A program made the position numbers and the translations under genes. The notes beneath the pieces are model-generated. The model was not told the DNA's origin, made no database searches, and saw nothing but the letters and a program-made list of their open reading frames with translations. This document shows positions 1 through 10,206 of a DNA stretch of 64,000 nucleotides, in pieces (the stretch's first letter is position 1; every line of letters starts with the position of its first letter). The stretch is from Bacteroidota bacterium (GTDB lineage Bacteria; Bacteroidota; Ignavibacteria; Ignavibacteriales; Ignavibacteriaceae). The stretch lies in contig JAKBMG010000199.1 of NCBI GenBank assembly GCA_021831685.1, positions 2,100-66,099 on the forward strand, written 5' to 3'.

Positions 1-742
1 TTTTATTTTGCAACGAAGCTTTAATTTTCTCAACTTCTTTTATATTCTTATCATTCGGATATCTTTCAATAAAATTAGAAATTTCAGTTGAGGCTTCGTC
101 GTTGTGTTTTCTTTCAATTAACAATTTAATCTTGGCGTAAAGTGCCATGGGAGCATATTTGGTGTCATGATATGTATCAAGGACTAAATCATAATACTTC
201 AATGCCGCAGTATAATATTCCATTCTTTCATATATGTAAGCGGTATGATATTCTTTGTGAGCAAGCTTTTCGTTCATCGCTGCAATTTTTTTCTCCGCTT
301 CGGCTACTTTCGAATTGGTAGGAAAGAAATCAATAAATGCTTGAAACTCTTCAATTGCTTTTTTAGTATATTTTTGATCGAGAGCATAATTCGGTGAAAG
401 CAAGTAATAGGAATCAGCAAGCATATATTGGGCATCAGAAACGAAATGGCTTGAAGGCATATTTTTAATCAATTTACTAAATTCATAAGCGGCTAAAATA
501 TATTCTCCGCGTTTAAACCTTGTTTGTCCCAAATAAAATTGCGCACTATCTACAACAGCATTGCCTGGAAACTGAAGAACAATTCCCTGAAATTCTTTTA
601 CTGCCTGTTCATAATCATGGTCATTATACAACTTCATTGCATAATCAAGTCTTTCGCTTGGCGTCATATTAGCAGTATTAAAAGTTGTGGCACAACCCCA
701 CAGTATTAGTCCAAAAGCTAAAACAATTAAAGAATATTTCAT
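1..742 (-). CDS. bamD: BamD-like outer membrane assembly lipoprotein (C-terminus runs off the window)
   Basis: My own minus-strand translation from the ATG at 742 gives MKYSLIVLAFGLILWGCATTF (lipobox LWGC). TPR-like helices follow (YEQAVKEFQGIV, FYLGQTRFKRGEYILAAYEF, AIEEFQAFIDFFPTNSKVAEAEKKI), typical of BamD/YfiO. The frame is open to position 1 and is missing from the ORF track because it is edge-truncated. Confidence 0.7.
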   Translation of the reverse strand, partial: MKYSLIVLAFGLILWGCATTFNTANMTPSERLDYAMKLYNDHDYEQAVKEFQGIVLQFPGNAVVDSAQFYLGQTRFKRGEYILAAYEFSKLIKNMPSSHFVSDAQYMLADSYYLLSPNYALDQKYTKKAIEEFQAFIDFFPTNSKVAEAEKKIAAMNEKLAHKEYHTAYIYERMEYYTAALKYYDLVLDTYHDTKYAPMALYAKIKLLIERKHNDEASTEISNFIERYPNDKNIKEVEKIKASLQNK

Positions 743-815
743 ATTTTCTTGTTGATTTTCAAAAATTAAAACACAATTATAAAGAATTTATTTTCGGCTT
801 CAAAGGTAAATTTCA

Positions 816-1466
816 TTACTTGCTTCGAATTGTAAAAAATAAAATTACTGCTAACGCAGTCGCACCGACAGCGACTACCGGCTCCCAAAAGCTTGAGATA
901 AATGGTTCGGCCGGAATTTCAGATTCGGTAAACGGGTAAGAAATATTTTGCAAGTTCTTCAACTGATCGTAATTTACTGTATCAATATAGACATATTGAA
1001 TTTTTTTTACGAGCGTAGATTTTCCGATAATTGAATAACTTCCCGACAAATTAAAATATCGCGGAACGTAAAAACTTCCCAAAAGATTTTTTCTAAACAT
1101 ATCCTTGTAAGAAACGTCAGCTTTTTCAATCGTAATGTTTACAGCATTTGAACTGGAGTCATGCAGATCATTATTTGAAATATTAATTCTTTTGTTTTTA
1201 AAATCTTCAATCACTTTATTTGTAAAGACCGAATATGCAGTTCCAAGAGTTAGATCCAGCTTTATGAATTTACTTCCGGCAGGTAAATTACGGATAATGT
1301 CAGTTGAAGCCGAATCTATAAGGTTATAAAAAATTGTAAGATTATCTTTGGATTGGCATTCGCTCAAAAAAACATTTCCCGAAAAGAAAAAGAGCAAAAG
1401 GAAAATTGAAGAAAAAAGCTTCCTTTCTACCGGAAATATTAATAAGCCTCTAAGCATAGATTCCAC
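816..1466 (-). CDS. hypothetical exported protein with a C-terminal membrane anchor
   Basis: 216-aa ORF with a hydrophobic N-terminus (SSIFLLLFFFSGNVFLSEC) and a C-terminal hydrophobic helix (VVAVGATALAVILFFTI). I recognise no family motif. It sits between bamD and gdh on the same strand. Confidence 0.45.
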   Translation of the reverse strand: MESMLRGLLIFPVERKLFSSIFLLLFFFSGNVFLSECQSKDNLTIFYNLIDSASTDIIRNLPAGSKFIKLDLTLGTAYSVFTNKVIEDFKNKRINISNNDLHDSSSNAVNITIEKADVSYKDMFRKNLLGSFYVPRYFNLSGSYSIIGKSTLVKKIQYVYIDTVNYDQLKNLQNISYPFTESEIPAEPFISSFWEPVVAVGATALAVILFFTIRSK

Positions 1467-2739
1467 GAAGCTTTAAAGTTTGCGCTACCTTTTCTATTGC
1501 AATAATATAAGCTCCGATTCTTAAGGATACATCATATTTTGCCGCTGATTTATAAACATTAACGAAGGCTTCGTGCATCATTCTATCAAGCCTTCGGTTA
1601 ACACGGTCAAGCGTCCAAAAATATCCCATTCTATCTTGAACCCATTCAAAGTATGATACGGTAACTCCACCGGCGTTTGTTAAAATATCGGGAATAACTA
1701 AAATTCCCTTTGTCTGAAGAATAGGGTCAGCCTTTGCCGTTGTAGGTCCGTTCGCTCCTTCAGCTATAATTTTACATTTTAATTTCTTGGCATTTTTAGA
1801 AGTAATCTGATCTTCTTTAGCGGCAGGTATAAGAATGTCACATTGTAATTCTAAAAGTTCTTCATTAGAAATTACTTCCGCATTTTGATAATCGATCAAG
1901 GTTTTATGCCGTTCGACATGTTCAATTAATTCAGCAATGTTAAACCCATTTGAATTGAAAATTGCACCATTAATATCGCTTAAGGCAACAACCTTAACTC
2001 CTTTTTCATATAATGCGTGAGCAGTAATCGAACCTACATTTCCGAAACCTTGAATGGCAGCTACAGCGTTTTCCGGTTTAATACCAATTTTAGAAAGTGC
2101 ACCAAGAGCAACCGTCATTACTCCTCTGCCTGTCGCTTCTTTTCTTCCAAGCGAGCCGCCGATAAGAGTGGGTTTACCAGTAACCACAGCAGTTTCAGTT
2201 TTTTTGGAGTGCATGCTATAGGTATCCATTATCCAAGCCATGGTTTGTTCATTGGTATTCATATCAGGGGCAGGAATGTCTCTGTCAGGACCAAATACAT
2301 CAAGCATATTAGAAGTAAATCGACGGGTTAGTCTTTCTAGTTCATTTTGACTCATTAACGAAGGGTCGCATTTTATTCCCCCCTTGGCGCCCCCGAAGGG
2401 GATATTAACAATTGCACATTTCCAGGTCATCCATGCAGCAAGAGCCTTCATTTCGTCAAGCGTAACATCGGGTGCATAACGTATACCTCCTTTAGAAGGA
2501 CCCAGTATATCATTATGGATTACACGGTAACCTTCAAAAACTTCTAATTTACCGTCGTCCATTACAATCGGCACAGAAGTAATTACTTGTTTTGTAGGAG
2601 CTTTAAGATAATTGTATATCCCTTGATCCAAACCGATAATTTTTGCAGCAATTTCAAATCTTTCCATCATCGATTCGAACGGATTTTCTTTATCCAATAT
2701 TGGAGCCGGTTCTTTGTAATGATTCATGGAAGAATTCAT
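1450..2739 (-). CDS. gdhA: NAD(P)-dependent glutamate dehydrogenase (Glu/Leu/Phe/Val dehydrogenase family)
   Basis: Motifs GPSKGGIRY, PFGGAKGGI and the Rossmann motif IQGFGNVG. The likely start is the internal Met (MNSSMNHYKEP) at 2739. The 22-aa Cys/Leu-rich extension to 2805 looks spurious. Confidence 0.9.
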   Translation of the reverse strand: MNSSMNHYKEPAPILDKENPFESMMERFEIAAKIIGLDQGIYNYLKAPTKQVITSVPIVMDDGKLEVFEGYRVIHNDILGPSKGGIRYAPDVTLDEMKALAAWMTWKCAIVNIPFGGAKGGIKCDPSLMSQNELERLTRRFTSNMLDVFGPDRDIPAPDMNTNEQTMAWIMDTYSMHSKKTETAVVTGKPTLIGGSLGRKEATGRGVMTVALGALSKIGIKPENAVAAIQGFGNVGSITAHALYEKGVKVVALSDINGAIFNSNGFNIAELIEHVERHKTLIDYQNAEVISNEELLELQCDILIPAAKEDQITSKNAKKLKCKIIAEGANGPTTAKADPILQTKGILVIPDILTNAGGVTVSYFEWVQDRMGYFWTLDRVNRRLDRMMHEAFVNVYKSAAKYDVSLRIGAYIIAIEKVAQTLKLRGIYA

Positions 2740-2829
2740 ACGGGGTGTGTCCTTAAAAATTGATAATAATATTTGCAGTAAATCTAAACAAAATCTGCAA
2801 ATCAATTCAATATTATTTTATTGATAAAT

Positions 2830-3681
2830 TTAGCCTCTTACATGAGCCATTTCTTCAAGTCGCTTTATTCTTTCTTCAATCGGAGGGTGAGTCGAGAAAA
2901 GTTTTTTTATACCCACTCCTTTTAAAGGATTAACAATAAACATATGCGCGGTAGCCGGACCGGCATTATTAAGCGGTTTTAATTGATTTACTGCCGATAT
3001 TTTTTTTAATGCAGACGCTAAAGCAAGCGGCTTATGAGAAATACGTGCGCCGTCAGCATCTGCAGAATATTCTCTAGAGCGTGAAATTGCAAGTTGGAGC
3101 AAGGTTGCAGCAATAGGAGCAAGTATAAGTAAAAATAGCGAAGCAATACCGTTATCATCGTCTCTGCTGCTTCCTCTTCCGCCAAACATCATTGCCCAAC
3201 CGGCCATTTGAGCGATAAAAGTTATTGTTCCCACAATCGTAGCTGCAATGGTGCCAATTAAAATATCTCGGTGCTTAACATGTGCAAGCTCATGACCAAG
3301 AACACCTGAAAGTTCTTCCCTGGTTAATGTATTGACAATCCCCGTTGTTGCAGCAACAGCAGCATGTTCCGGGCTTCTGCCGGTTGCAAATGCGTTGGGT
3401 GTTTGATCTTCTATTAAGTATACTCTCGGCATTGGCAAATTTGCGCTATGGGAAAGCTCCTGAACAACTGAGTATAAATCCGGGGCAGTGTTATAATCCA
3501 CCTCTTTAGCACGATACATTGACAAAACAACTTTATCTGAAAACCAATATGATCCAAAATTCATAGCAAGTGAAAAGAAAAAGGCTATCGTCATTCCACT
3601 TCTTCCGCCGACAAGGTAGCCAACGAAAAGGAACAGAATCATCATTATTGACATTAAGAAAACTGTTTTAAGCGTATTCAT
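2830..3681 (-). CDS. htpX: zinc metalloprotease HtpX (M48 family)
   Basis: HELAH zinc motif (GHELAHVKHRD), four hydrophobic segments and the C-terminal FSTHPPIEERI motif. The probable start is MNTLKTVFLM; the ORF track extends to 3708. Confidence 0.9.
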   Translation of the reverse strand: MNTLKTVFLMSIMMILFLFVGYLVGGRSGMTIAFFFSLAMNFGSYWFSDKVVLSMYRAKEVDYNTAPDLYSVVQELSHSANLPMPRVYLIEDQTPNAFATGRSPEHAAVAATTGIVNTLTREELSGVLGHELAHVKHRDILIGTIAATIVGTITFIAQMAGWAMMFGGRGSSRDDDNGIASLFLLILAPIAATLLQLAISRSREYSADADGARISHKPLALASALKKISAVNQLKPLNNAGPATAHMFIVNPLKGVGIKKLFSTHPPIEERIKRLEEMAHVRG

Positions 3682-3797
3682 TTTTTCTCCGTAAAAATTC
3701 TTTATCAAAATTAAATAAAGAACAAAGTCTAAGCAAGGTTACTAATATTATACTGCAGATGGTAAAATAAAAATCAGTAACTTGCGGAGGGGCATTC

Positions 3798-5681
3798 TCA
3801 ATTTCCATTCTTAATTTTCTCCAACTCTTCCCACCTCGTAAATAGATAGTTTATTCGATCTTTTGCAGCTTCAAGCTGCCTGTTGAGTTCATCAATTCGG
3901 GCGGCATATTTTTCGTAAAAATCAGGAGAAGAAAATATTGCCTCTATTTTTTCAACTTCTGACTCTTTTACCAGAATTTCATCCTCGATGGTTTCGAGTT
4001 CTTTTACTTCTTTCCATGTGAGTTTTTTAACTTTTAATTTTATACGAGTATCATCCTTTTTAATTTTTTGTACAACCGGCTTTTCTTCTTTCTTTCGTGC
4101 ATTTCTTTTTTCTATATAATAATCATAATCGCCTTCGCTAAAATATAGTTCGCCGTTATCTTCAAACGCAAGAATTCCATTACAAACACGGTTTAAAAAA
4201 TACCGGTCATGGCTTACTACAACTACACATCCTTCAAAAGCAATCAAGGCTTCCTCAAGAATGCGCAAAGTCGGAAGATCAAGATCGTTTGTAGGTTCAT
4301 CAAGTAGAAGAAAGTTACCACCGCTTTTAAGAATACTTGCAAGCGTTAGTCTGCTTTTCTCACCCCCAGAGAGCCGCCCAATCTGTGTATTGATTCTATC
4401 ATCCGTAAAAAGGAATCTTCTTAAGTATGTCCAAACACTTATGTCTTGCTTACCAAACCTAATAATTTCGTTTCCCTCGCCGATTGCTTGAAAAACCGTA
4501 TCATTTTCATTTAATAATAACCGGTGCTGGTCTATATAATTAAATTCTGTTTTTTCTCCTATTTCAATTTTCCCCGCTGAAGGCGATAACTCACCAAGAA
4601 TTATTTTTAATAGAGTGGTTTTACCAACTCCGTTGCGACCAACAATGCCAAGTTTTCTACCGGGTTCAAATGCAAAGTTAAAATCTTTAAATAAAGTTTT
4701 ACCGCCAATTTTTATTTCTACATTAGTTAATTCGGCAACCTTCTTACCCAATTTTTCCGGAGTGGGGATAATAAGTTCAACATCAAGTTCCTCTTCATTC
4801 TTTTTTTGAGAAGAGACTTCGTAAAAATTATCAAGACGACTTTTTGCTTTAGTTCTTCTTGCCCGTGGACCACGTCTTACCCATTCAAGTTCACGTCTTA
4901 AAAAATTTTGGCGTTTCCCTTCTTCTACTTCCTTAACAGCAAGTCTCTCAGATTTATTGACTAGATAATCAGTATAATTTCCTTGATGAGAATAGAAAAC
5001 TCCGGAAGCAAGCTCAACAATTCTGTTTGCAATTCTATCAAGGAAGTACCGGTCGTGAGTTACAAAAATGCAAGTGCCGTTATAAGAAGAAAGAAAATTT
5101 TCGATCCATTCTATTGAATTTGTATCGAGATGGTTTGTCGGTTCATCGAGTATAAGCAAATCGGGCTGTGCTATAAGCGCACGACATAAAGCTACACGCC
5201 TCTTTTCACCTCCGGATAAATTTGTGATTTCTTTTTCCGCTTGGGGAGCATTTAATGACCGTATAAGAAGATCAATTCTTTTATCAAGATTCCAGCCGTC
5301 AATGCGACGAATTTTTTCTTCAAGAACAATTTTATGCGGCGAGTCGAATGAAGTATTTACATATTGATCCAACAAGCTCGAGATACTACTAGCCCCGTCT
5401 AAAATATTTTGATAAACATTTTTGGAATCGTCTAAAGAAAATTCCTGTGATAGAAAACCAGTAACAAGCTCTTTCTTTTTAGCAATTTCGCCGGAATCTG
5501 GTTTTAATAGACCGGAGATAATTTTGAGAAAAGTAGATTTACCTGCGCCGTTTTTACCCACTAGACCAATTCGATCTCCTTCATGAACGCTAAGAGAAGC
5601 TTTGTCAAGAATCATTTGATCGCCAAAGTGAATTTGAATTTCTAAAGCGGTCAAAATTACAGGATTAATATTGTTTGCCAT
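3798..5681 (-). CDS. ABC-F family ATPase (Uup/YheS-like, two ABC domains plus a C-terminal coiled coil)
   Basis: Two Walker A motifs (GKNGAGKST, GRNGVGKTT), two signature motifs (LSGGEKRR, LSGGEKSR), no membrane domain and a Lys/Glu-rich C-terminal tail. Confidence 0.9.
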   Translation of the reverse strand: MANNINPVILTALEIQIHFGDQMILDKASLSVHEGDRIGLVGKNGAGKSTFLKIISGLLKPDSGEIAKKKELVTGFLSQEFSLDDSKNVYQNILDGASSISSLLDQYVNTSFDSPHKIVLEEKIRRIDGWNLDKRIDLLIRSLNAPQAEKEITNLSGGEKRRVALCRALIAQPDLLILDEPTNHLDTNSIEWIENFLSSYNGTCIFVTHDRYFLDRIANRIVELASGVFYSHQGNYTDYLVNKSERLAVKEVEEGKRQNFLRRELEWVRRGPRARRTKAKSRLDNFYEVSSQKKNEEELDVELIIPTPEKLGKKVAELTNVEIKIGGKTLFKDFNFAFEPGRKLGIVGRNGVGKTTLLKIILGELSPSAGKIEIGEKTEFNYIDQHRLLLNENDTVFQAIGEGNEIIRFGKQDISVWTYLRRFLFTDDRINTQIGRLSGGEKSRLTLASILKSGGNFLLLDEPTNDLDLPTLRILEEALIAFEGCVVVVSHDRYFLNRVCNGILAFEDNGELYFSEGDYDYYIEKRNARKKEEKPVVQKIKKDDTRIKLKVKKLTWKEVKELETIEDEILVKESEVEKIEAIFSSPDFYEKYAARIDELNRQLEAAKDRINYLFTRWEELEKIKNGN

Positions 5682-5929
5682 AAAACGAGTATTTGTTAAG
5701 TTAAAGGTTAAATTCGAATCTGATATAAATTATTGTTACAAATATAATTCATTACAAACGGCAATCCTTATTGGTGCAGTATGAATGAATTTCTTATTCC
5801 CTTTTTTAATATAGGGCAACTCTAATTACTCCTCAGCTAAATCAAGTGGAATGCTATGAAATTTTAACCTTTCAATTTTACTAAAATTCTATCATTCCTA
5901 TTTTTTTAGACTCTAATTATTTTTGAAAT

Positions 5930-6145
5930 TGTCTGCATAATCATATGGGCTAATACACTTGTTACTCGTTACTTTTCACTCATTCCCTCCTTTGCCATTT
6001 TTGTCACACCTTAGTCTTTTCCCCCTGTTTTTTACCTAAATTTTCTCCATGTCTACTAGGCTTCTGCCAAGCCTATAACAAGCCTATAAATCTTACCTAA
6101 ATATTACAGAAAAAATAGTGTGACAAAAATGACACACTCTTCTTC
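5930..6145 (+). repeat. dispersed intergenic repeat, copy A (boundaries approximate)
   Basis: Aligns by eye to 35050-35246 (+) and to the reverse complement of 60772-61005. Shared blocks are CCATTTTTGTCACAC (5995-6009), a polypyrimidine tract, AGGCTT-N5-AAGCCT-N5-AAGCCT, and the terminal near-palindrome GTGTGACAAAAATGACACAC (6118-6137). Confidence 0.8.
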
Positions 6146-6379
6146 ACATAACCAACATCTTGAACAGATTTTTCATTGCAGTGCACTAAAAGCAGCGTTC
6201 AATAAAAATGAGGGATAAATTTTGACTTTTAGAAAGCTATTTGGTATGTTTTCTCAACCTGTGGTATCAAAAAATATAGTTTTTAGGGAAATCCTTATAT
6301 ACTTTTTGATTTTTCTTCCCTTTCCCCTTGCCTTTATTTCATAATATAATTAAATAAGTGACGAAAATTTTGGAATTTT

Positions 6380-7315
6380 ATGAAGAAGACAATTCTTTTC
6401 GTTTGCACTTTCTTTTTGTTATCAATCGGCAGCTCGTTCGGCCAGAATACCTATGATTTTTTAAAATTAGATATGAGCGCGCGAGCCGCTTCGCTTGGAG
6501 GCAGTTATGTAACAAACGGAGACGACCCCAATGTAATTTTTTATAATCCTGCGGGTCTTGAAATGATAACTGGAACTCCGGTTTCATTTTCCTTTGTAAA
6601 ACATGTGCTTGATATAAATCTTGCCAGCCTTGCTTATTCGACGGATCTAAAAAATGTAGGGAGAGTCGGAGCTGCAATAGAATATATAAATTACGGCACA
6701 TTTACTCAAGCAGATCAGTTTGGGAATAAAACCGGTACTTTTGGAGCCGGCGAAGTTGCGGCTTTATTTGGCTATTCAAACCAACTTGATCAAAATTTTT
6801 ACTACGGCACTAATCTCAAACTTATCTATTCAAAAATTGCCGACAGATCATCGAGCGCCATTGCGATTGATTTGGGACTGCATTATTCGCTCAAATCGCA
6901 GTTAATGGATTTTGGGTTTGCCGTTATGAATTTGGGAACTGAAATGTCTTCTTATTATTCGACAAAGGAAGCTCTACCGCTTGACATTGTTTTCGGAGTT
7001 GCAAAAAAAATGGAACATCTTCCGCTAAGATTATCATTAGACTTTCATAATTTGAATGATAACAGCGCAGGCTTCGGTTCAAAGCTGAAAGCATTTGCTT
7101 TTGGAGCTGAATTTACTTTAAGCCAGGTCCTTCGTTTACGTTTTGGGTATGATAATCAAAGAAGAAATGATTTGACAATCGGTTCATTTGCCGGCTTGGC
7201 TGGCTTTAATGTCGGGCTTGGATTAGTAATAGCAAAATATAATTTTGATTATGGATTTTCTTCCCTCGGTTTGATGGGAGCAATTCACCGAATTACAATT
7301 TCTACAGCTTTGTAA
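6380..7315 (+). CDS. PorQ/PorV-family (FadL-like) outer membrane beta-barrel, T9SS-associated
   Basis: Signal peptide, then FLKLDMSARAASLGGSYV...DDPNVIFYNPAGL, the N-terminal signature I associate with PorV/PorQ proteins. The rest has an alternating beta-strand pattern and an aromatic C-terminus. At 311 aa it is closer to PorQ in size. Confidence 0.6.
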   Translation: MKKTILFVCTFFLLSIGSSFGQNTYDFLKLDMSARAASLGGSYVTNGDDPNVIFYNPAGLEMITGTPVSFSFVKHVLDINLASLAYSTDLKNVGRVGAAIEYINYGTFTQADQFGNKTGTFGAGEVAALFGYSNQLDQNFYYGTNLKLIYSKIADRSSSAIAIDLGLHYSLKSQLMDFGFAVMNLGTEMSSYYSTKEALPLDIVFGVAKKMEHLPLRLSLDFHNLNDNSAGFGSKLKAFAFGAEFTLSQVLRLRFGYDNQRRNDLTIGSFAGLAGFNVGLGLVIAKYNFDYGFSSLGLMGAIHRITISTAL

Positions 7316-7397
7316 TAATCTTATTTAGAGCCAGGCACGAAAAGCCTTTTACAAGATCTATACAATAAAAATTTTTAGAATCAGTTTTCCTCATACC

Positions 7398-8537
7398 TTA
7401 GTTTTTATACGGACTCTTCAAATAATTTTCTGCTAATGCGCGAGAATTATTATAATCTTTAAGATGCAAAGTTCTCTTATAATACTCAATAGCCTTTTCT
7501 CTTTTACTCTGTAAATCATAAATCATTCCGAGATAGAGGTAAGAATTACTTAGGAATCCCGATGTTTCTTTAACGTCTATTTGTTTAGATAAATTTGCGC
7601 ACTCCTTAAAATAAATTATAGCAGAATCAAGCTGACTCAAATTTTTATACTGATAGGCAATGTAGTATGTTGATTCACGCCTGACGCTTGGATAATTGTA
7701 ACCGGTATAATTCTTATCTGCTTTCTCTAACACATCAGAAAAAATTTTTGAAGCGTTATAATAATCACCTCGTTTGGCTGCTATGCGCCCACTCCATCTT
7801 TCAAACAAAGGATTATCAGGAAAATCTTTGGTTAGCATATTTGCAAAGTAATCTGCTTTGAACGGATTATTTTCAAAATAAAAATACAACGTCATCAAAA
7901 AATAACGAGCTTCATATTTTGCATATTTTCCATTGAGTGCAACATTTGTTAGTTCGTCAATCCCTTTTTGTTTATTGCCCGGGGGGAAAAAGATCATCAA
8001 CGGTTTCATTAGCGGATATTGTTCCGGAATAACTGCAGCATAATAATTATAGATACCGAACCCTAACTGCACATCAATATTTTTCGGATCAAGCTTAGCC
8101 GCATGTTCAACAATGGGGAGAGCATCCCTACCATCATCAGCTGCTTTAAGCCAGCTTTCGCGAAATGCCCGTAGACGTCCCCTAAAACCAATAGCGCCTC
8201 CTTTGAAAAATAAGGCATTCACATCATTTGGTGTTTTTTTTAAGATTTGATCGCACTGAAAAATAACATCTTCAAGTTTTTGATAGAAAACGTCGTCGTA
8301 AGATTCGTTATCCGGGTCTAAAAGAATTTTCCACCAATCAACCATGGCAAGGAAAAATCTACCTTGTGGTTTACCCGGGTAATCAGCTATCAATCCTCTG
8401 AATGTTTTTTCAGCTTCCGGAAATTTAATATCATAAATCTGCTTGATCCCGGCAGATACCGTTGAATCGAAAATGGAGTTTTGCGGTAAAATAGACGGAA
8501 CAATTAAGAGAATGATTATTACAATAAGTTTTTTCAA
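7398..8537 (-). CDS. secreted TPR-like repeat protein, function unknown
   Basis: Signal peptide MKKLIVIIILLIVPSILP and helical-repeat sequence with TPR-like segments (AIEYYKRTLHLKDYNNSRALAENYL). Confidence 0.5.
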   Translation of the reverse strand: MKKLIVIIILLIVPSILPQNSIFDSTVSAGIKQIYDIKFPEAEKTFRGLIADYPGKPQGRFFLAMVDWWKILLDPDNESYDDVFYQKLEDVIFQCDQILKKTPNDVNALFFKGGAIGFRGRLRAFRESWLKAADDGRDALPIVEHAAKLDPKNIDVQLGFGIYNYYAAVIPEQYPLMKPLMIFFPPGNKQKGIDELTNVALNGKYAKYEARYFLMTLYFYFENNPFKADYFANMLTKDFPDNPLFERWSGRIAAKRGDYYNASKIFSDVLEKADKNYTGYNYPSVRRESTYYIAYQYKNLSQLDSAIIYFKECANLSKQIDVKETSGFLSNSYLYLGMIYDLQSKREKAIEYYKRTLHLKDYNNSRALAENYLKSPYKN

Positions 8538-8610
8538 ATAATACCTAGAACAAAAATATGATTAAAGCTTAAAAAAAATTAAAGCTAATAACTTTGAGCT
8601 AACATTCCGC

Positions 8611-10143
8611 TTAATCTTGGGCTAATTTTTCAAGAAGATAACTTAATATTTTATCTGATGCCACCCGGACTTGACCCATCGAATCTCTTTCACGAATAGT
8701 AACAGTTTGATCGCTTAATGTTTCTGTGTCAATAGTAATGCAAAACGGTGTACCGGCTTCATCCTGGCGGCGATATCTTCTTCCGACAGCGCCTTTATCG
8801 TCGTAAAAAACTTTAATATTTTTTCTCAAATCTGCTTCTATTTTTTTTGAAACATCCGGCATGCCATCTTTGTTTACCAATGGAAAAATTGCCGCTTTAA
8901 TCGGAGCTAACTTTGGATGAAATTTAAGTACTGATCTAAGTTCGCCGTTAACTTCTTCCTCGTAATATGCATCTGTTAAAAATGCCATAAAAGATCTGCT
9001 CGCACCGGCTGATGTCTCAATAATAAAAGGAGTATACTTCTCTTTAGATTCCTCATCAAAATATTTTAAAGATTTGCCTGAAAATTCTTCATGGCGACTT
9101 AAGTCAAAATTAGTCCTGTTGTGAATTCCTTCAATTTCTCCCCAACCGAATGGAAACAAGTATTCTATGTCAGTAGCTTCTTTAGCATAGTGTGCAAGTT
9201 TTTCTTTCGGATGGTCATGATAACGCAGTTTATCTTTTGTCATACCAAGCGAATAAAACCACTCGAGTCGTTCGTGTTTCCAGTAGTCGTACCATTTTTT
9301 ATCATCAGTTGGTTTGACAAAAAATTGCATTTCCATCTGTTCAAACTCGCGTGTTCTGAAAAGAAAATTTTTTGTGTTTATCTCGTTACGAAATGCTTTA
9401 CCGATCTGAGCAATGCCGAACGGAATTTTTTGACGTGATGAATTTTGAACATTCAAAAAATTAACAAATATTCCTTGTGCAGTTTCAGGACGTAGATATA
9501 CTACTGCGCCACTGTCTTCTACAGGACCGACAAAAGTTTTGAACATTAAATTAAATTTCCTTGCTTCAGTAAATGTTCCTTTATTACCGCATTGCGGGCA
9601 GTTTATTTCCACACGGAGTAGCTTACTTAACCCGTCATTCTCTAAAATATTATTAAAAGTTTCATTCAATTCTTGCTCTGAAAAATTTCGGACATCACTA
9701 TGTGAAAGATTGAAAAGAAGATTAGTCTTTGAAACATTATCCAAAAACGATTCGATTATTTTTCTCTTTTTCTTTTCTGCAATTAAATCTGAAAGCGTAT
9801 CAAGTCGATAGCGCGACTTGCACTGCTTACAGTCTATCATTGGGTCGGTAAAATTCTCAACGTGACCTGAAGCTTCCCAAACGCGCGGGTGCATAAGAAT
9901 TGATGCATCTATCCCCTCCACGTTTTCACGGTAAGTCATAAACTTCCACCAATCTTCCTTAATATTCTTTAGGAGCTCAACGCCGAGCGGTCCATAATCC
10001 CAGCAACCGTTTAAGCCTCCATAAATTTCACTTGATTGGAAAACGAATCCTCTTCTCTTTGATAGAGACACAATTTTTTCTATCAAATCATTCTGGTTAT
10101 TCTTCTGCTTTTCGATTTTAAAATCCTCCGGATTATCTTTCAA
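8611..10143 (-). CDS. glyQS: glycine--tRNA ligase (homodimeric class II GlyQS type)
   Basis: N-terminus RRGFVFQSSEIYGGLNGCWDYGPLGVELLKN, class II motifs (FRNEI, GAGASRS-like ETSAGASRS) and a C-terminal anticodon-binding domain. Confidence 0.93.
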   Translation of the reverse strand: MKDNPEDFKIEKQKNNQNDLIEKIVSLSKRRGFVFQSSEIYGGLNGCWDYGPLGVELLKNIKEDWWKFMTYRENVEGIDASILMHPRVWEASGHVENFTDPMIDCKQCKSRYRLDTLSDLIAEKKKRKIIESFLDNVSKTNLLFNLSHSDVRNFSEQELNETFNNILENDGLSKLLRVEINCPQCGNKGTFTEARKFNLMFKTFVGPVEDSGAVVYLRPETAQGIFVNFLNVQNSSRQKIPFGIAQIGKAFRNEINTKNFLFRTREFEQMEMQFFVKPTDDKKWYDYWKHERLEWFYSLGMTKDKLRYHDHPKEKLAHYAKEATDIEYLFPFGWGEIEGIHNRTNFDLSRHEEFSGKSLKYFDEESKEKYTPFIIETSAGASRSFMAFLTDAYYEEEVNGELRSVLKFHPKLAPIKAAIFPLVNKDGMPDVSKKIEADLRKNIKVFYDDKGAVGRRYRRQDEAGTPFCITIDTETLSDQTVTIRERDSMGQVRVASDKILSYLLEKLAQD

Positions 10144-10206
10144 AAATAGAATTTAAATATAATAAAAATGATAATGCATTTTATCGGAAAGGAATAGGAT
10201 TTTAGG

